Below are positions 12,370-12,912 of a DNA stretch of 12,912 nt, in pieces (the first letter of the stretch is position 1; each line of letters starts with the position of its first letter). Source of the DNA: a virus. The notes under the pieces were generated by a model. That model ran no database searches. It was not told the origin of the DNA and was given only the letters and a program-made list of their open reading frames with translations. The stretch spans positions 1 to 12,912 of IMG/VR virus record IMGVR_UViG_3300032320_002275. One strand, written 5' to 3'. The translations under genes were made by a program, and so were the position numbers.

Positions 12370-12854
12370 TGGCAATAGATAAGCAAACGCAAAAACTTTT
12401 ATTATATACTGCAATAGGTGGTGGTGCGTATTTTTTAATACTAAAGCCACTTCTTATTAAATTAGGTGTATTAAAAAGTGCATTAGAATTAGAACAAGAT
12501 TATACTCAAAAAGTAAATATAGATGCGTATATTAATAATTCTATAAAAACACAAACGCCAACTAAATCAAAAGGGGAATGGCAGATTATAGCAGACCAAA
12601 TATATAACGATCTAAAGTTTAGCGGAATTGCCGACAATAAAAGTGATGCTGGCTATCAAGTAGCAAGAGTACAAAATGATGCCGATATTGCTACATTAAT
12701 ACAAGTTTTTGGAATGAGGCAAGAAAGTTTTTTTGGTATTAATATTGGGGGACTACAAAATTTACCACAATTTATTATAGGTAATTTAGATAAAAGCGAA
12801 ATAGCAAAGATTAACGATAATTACGCACGAAAAAATATAAAATTTAGATTTTAA
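12369..12854 (+). CDS. N-terminally anchored membrane protein, unknown function; spans the circular junction
   Basis: 161-aa ORF with TAATG overlap with the upstream gene. TM segment is LLLYTAIGGGAYFLILKPL. Its last 65 nt are the sequence at 1..65. Confidence 0.55.
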   Translation: MAIDKQTQKLLLYTAIGGGAYFLILKPLLIKLGVLKSALELEQDYTQKVNIDAYINNSIKTQTPTKSKGEWQIIADQIYNDLKFSGIADNKSDAGYQVARVQNDADIATLIQVFGMRQESFFGINIGGLQNLPQFIIGNLDKSEIAKINDNYARKNIKFRF

Positions 12855-12912
12855 ATAAAGAATTATGAAAAATAAAAGTACAATGTTATTAGTAGGTATT
12901 GGAGTAGCTTAT
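12790..12912. repeat. Terminal overlap, right copy (exact duplicate of 1..123)
   Basis: Identical 123-nt string at both window ends. Confidence 0.95.
12865..12912 (+). CDS. Duplicate copy of the 5' end of the 76..372 gene (partial at window edge)
   Basis: Identical to 76..123. Confidence 0.9.
   Translation, partial: MKNKSTMLLVGIGVAY

Noticed and set aside
11915-12392. Two minus-strand ORFs (66 aa and 124 aa) antisense to 11656..12369
   Set aside because: They sit in the middle of a continuous, translationally coupled plus-strand operon. They have no promoter-like context, and their composition looks like a reverse-frame artefact.
1-12912. Assignment to Microviridae, filamentous Inoviridae/Plectroviridae, Plasmaviridae or a Mollicute host
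   Set aside because: There is no large F/VP1-like capsid protein, HUH Rep or Zot-like assembly ATPase. A peptidoglycan lysozyme and a fibre are present. TGA acts as a stop in ATGA overlaps, so code 4 is unlikely.
1-12912. Small tailed phage or helper-dependent satellite (PICI/P4-like)
   Set aside because: No portal, terminase, tail, integrase, primase-polymerase or capsid-size-redirection genes are recognisable. The element has its own lysis cassette, fibre and apparent structural operon. Helper dependence cannot be fully excluded from sequence alone.
1-12912. tRNA, rRNA, CRISPR array, IS element or integrase/att sites
   Set aside because: Scanning both strands by eye found no cloverleaf-capable GC-rich segment, no repeat-spacer array, no transposase- or recombinase-like ORF and no long inverted terminal repeats.

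Overview
The window is a complete, AT-rich virus-like replicon of 12,789 bp. Bases 1-123 recur exactly at 12790-12912 and the junction lies inside a gene, so the molecule is circular or circularly permuted. There are two gene blocks. A long plus-strand structural and lysis block runs from 7104 through the wrap-around to 4015. A short minus-strand replication and regulation block runs from 6749 to 4054. A divergent control region (6750-7103) carries overlapping dyad symmetries and 11-bp-phased TTTTAGG repeats. A convergent terminator hairpin sits at 4045-4069. Products I recognise are: a 673-aa receptor-binding fibre or spike with a C-terminal peptidase S74 intramolecular-chaperone domain; a GH24 (T4-type) lysozyme with an N-terminal membrane anchor, preceded by two small TM (holin-like) ORFs missing from the ORF track; a transglutaminase-like Cys-His-Asp peptidase with a C-terminal TM tail; a LEA_2-like TM protein; a Lys-rich histone-H1-like protein; an Arg-rich-N-arm Gly/Ala-rich membrane protein; and a RecA-fold DnaB-C/RepA-type helicase with a C-terminal wHTH, whose gene is broken by a +1 frame change exactly at the Walker A motif. 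I could not recognise any terminase, portal, tail, packaging ATPase, integrase, polymerase or HUH Rep, and only three proteins exceed 300 aa. At least 10 proteins have TM segments, and six of them share a GxG...LY..K/R-type anchor. Start codons lack Shine-Dalgarno sequences, which together with the AT-richness points to a Bacteroidota-like host. My leading hypothesis is a previously undescribed tailless phage with an internal membrane. It may encapsidate DNA by basic-protein condensation rather than with a motor, and it may have two separate small beta-rich capsid proteins. All fold and function calls come from reading motifs by eye; no database search was possible.
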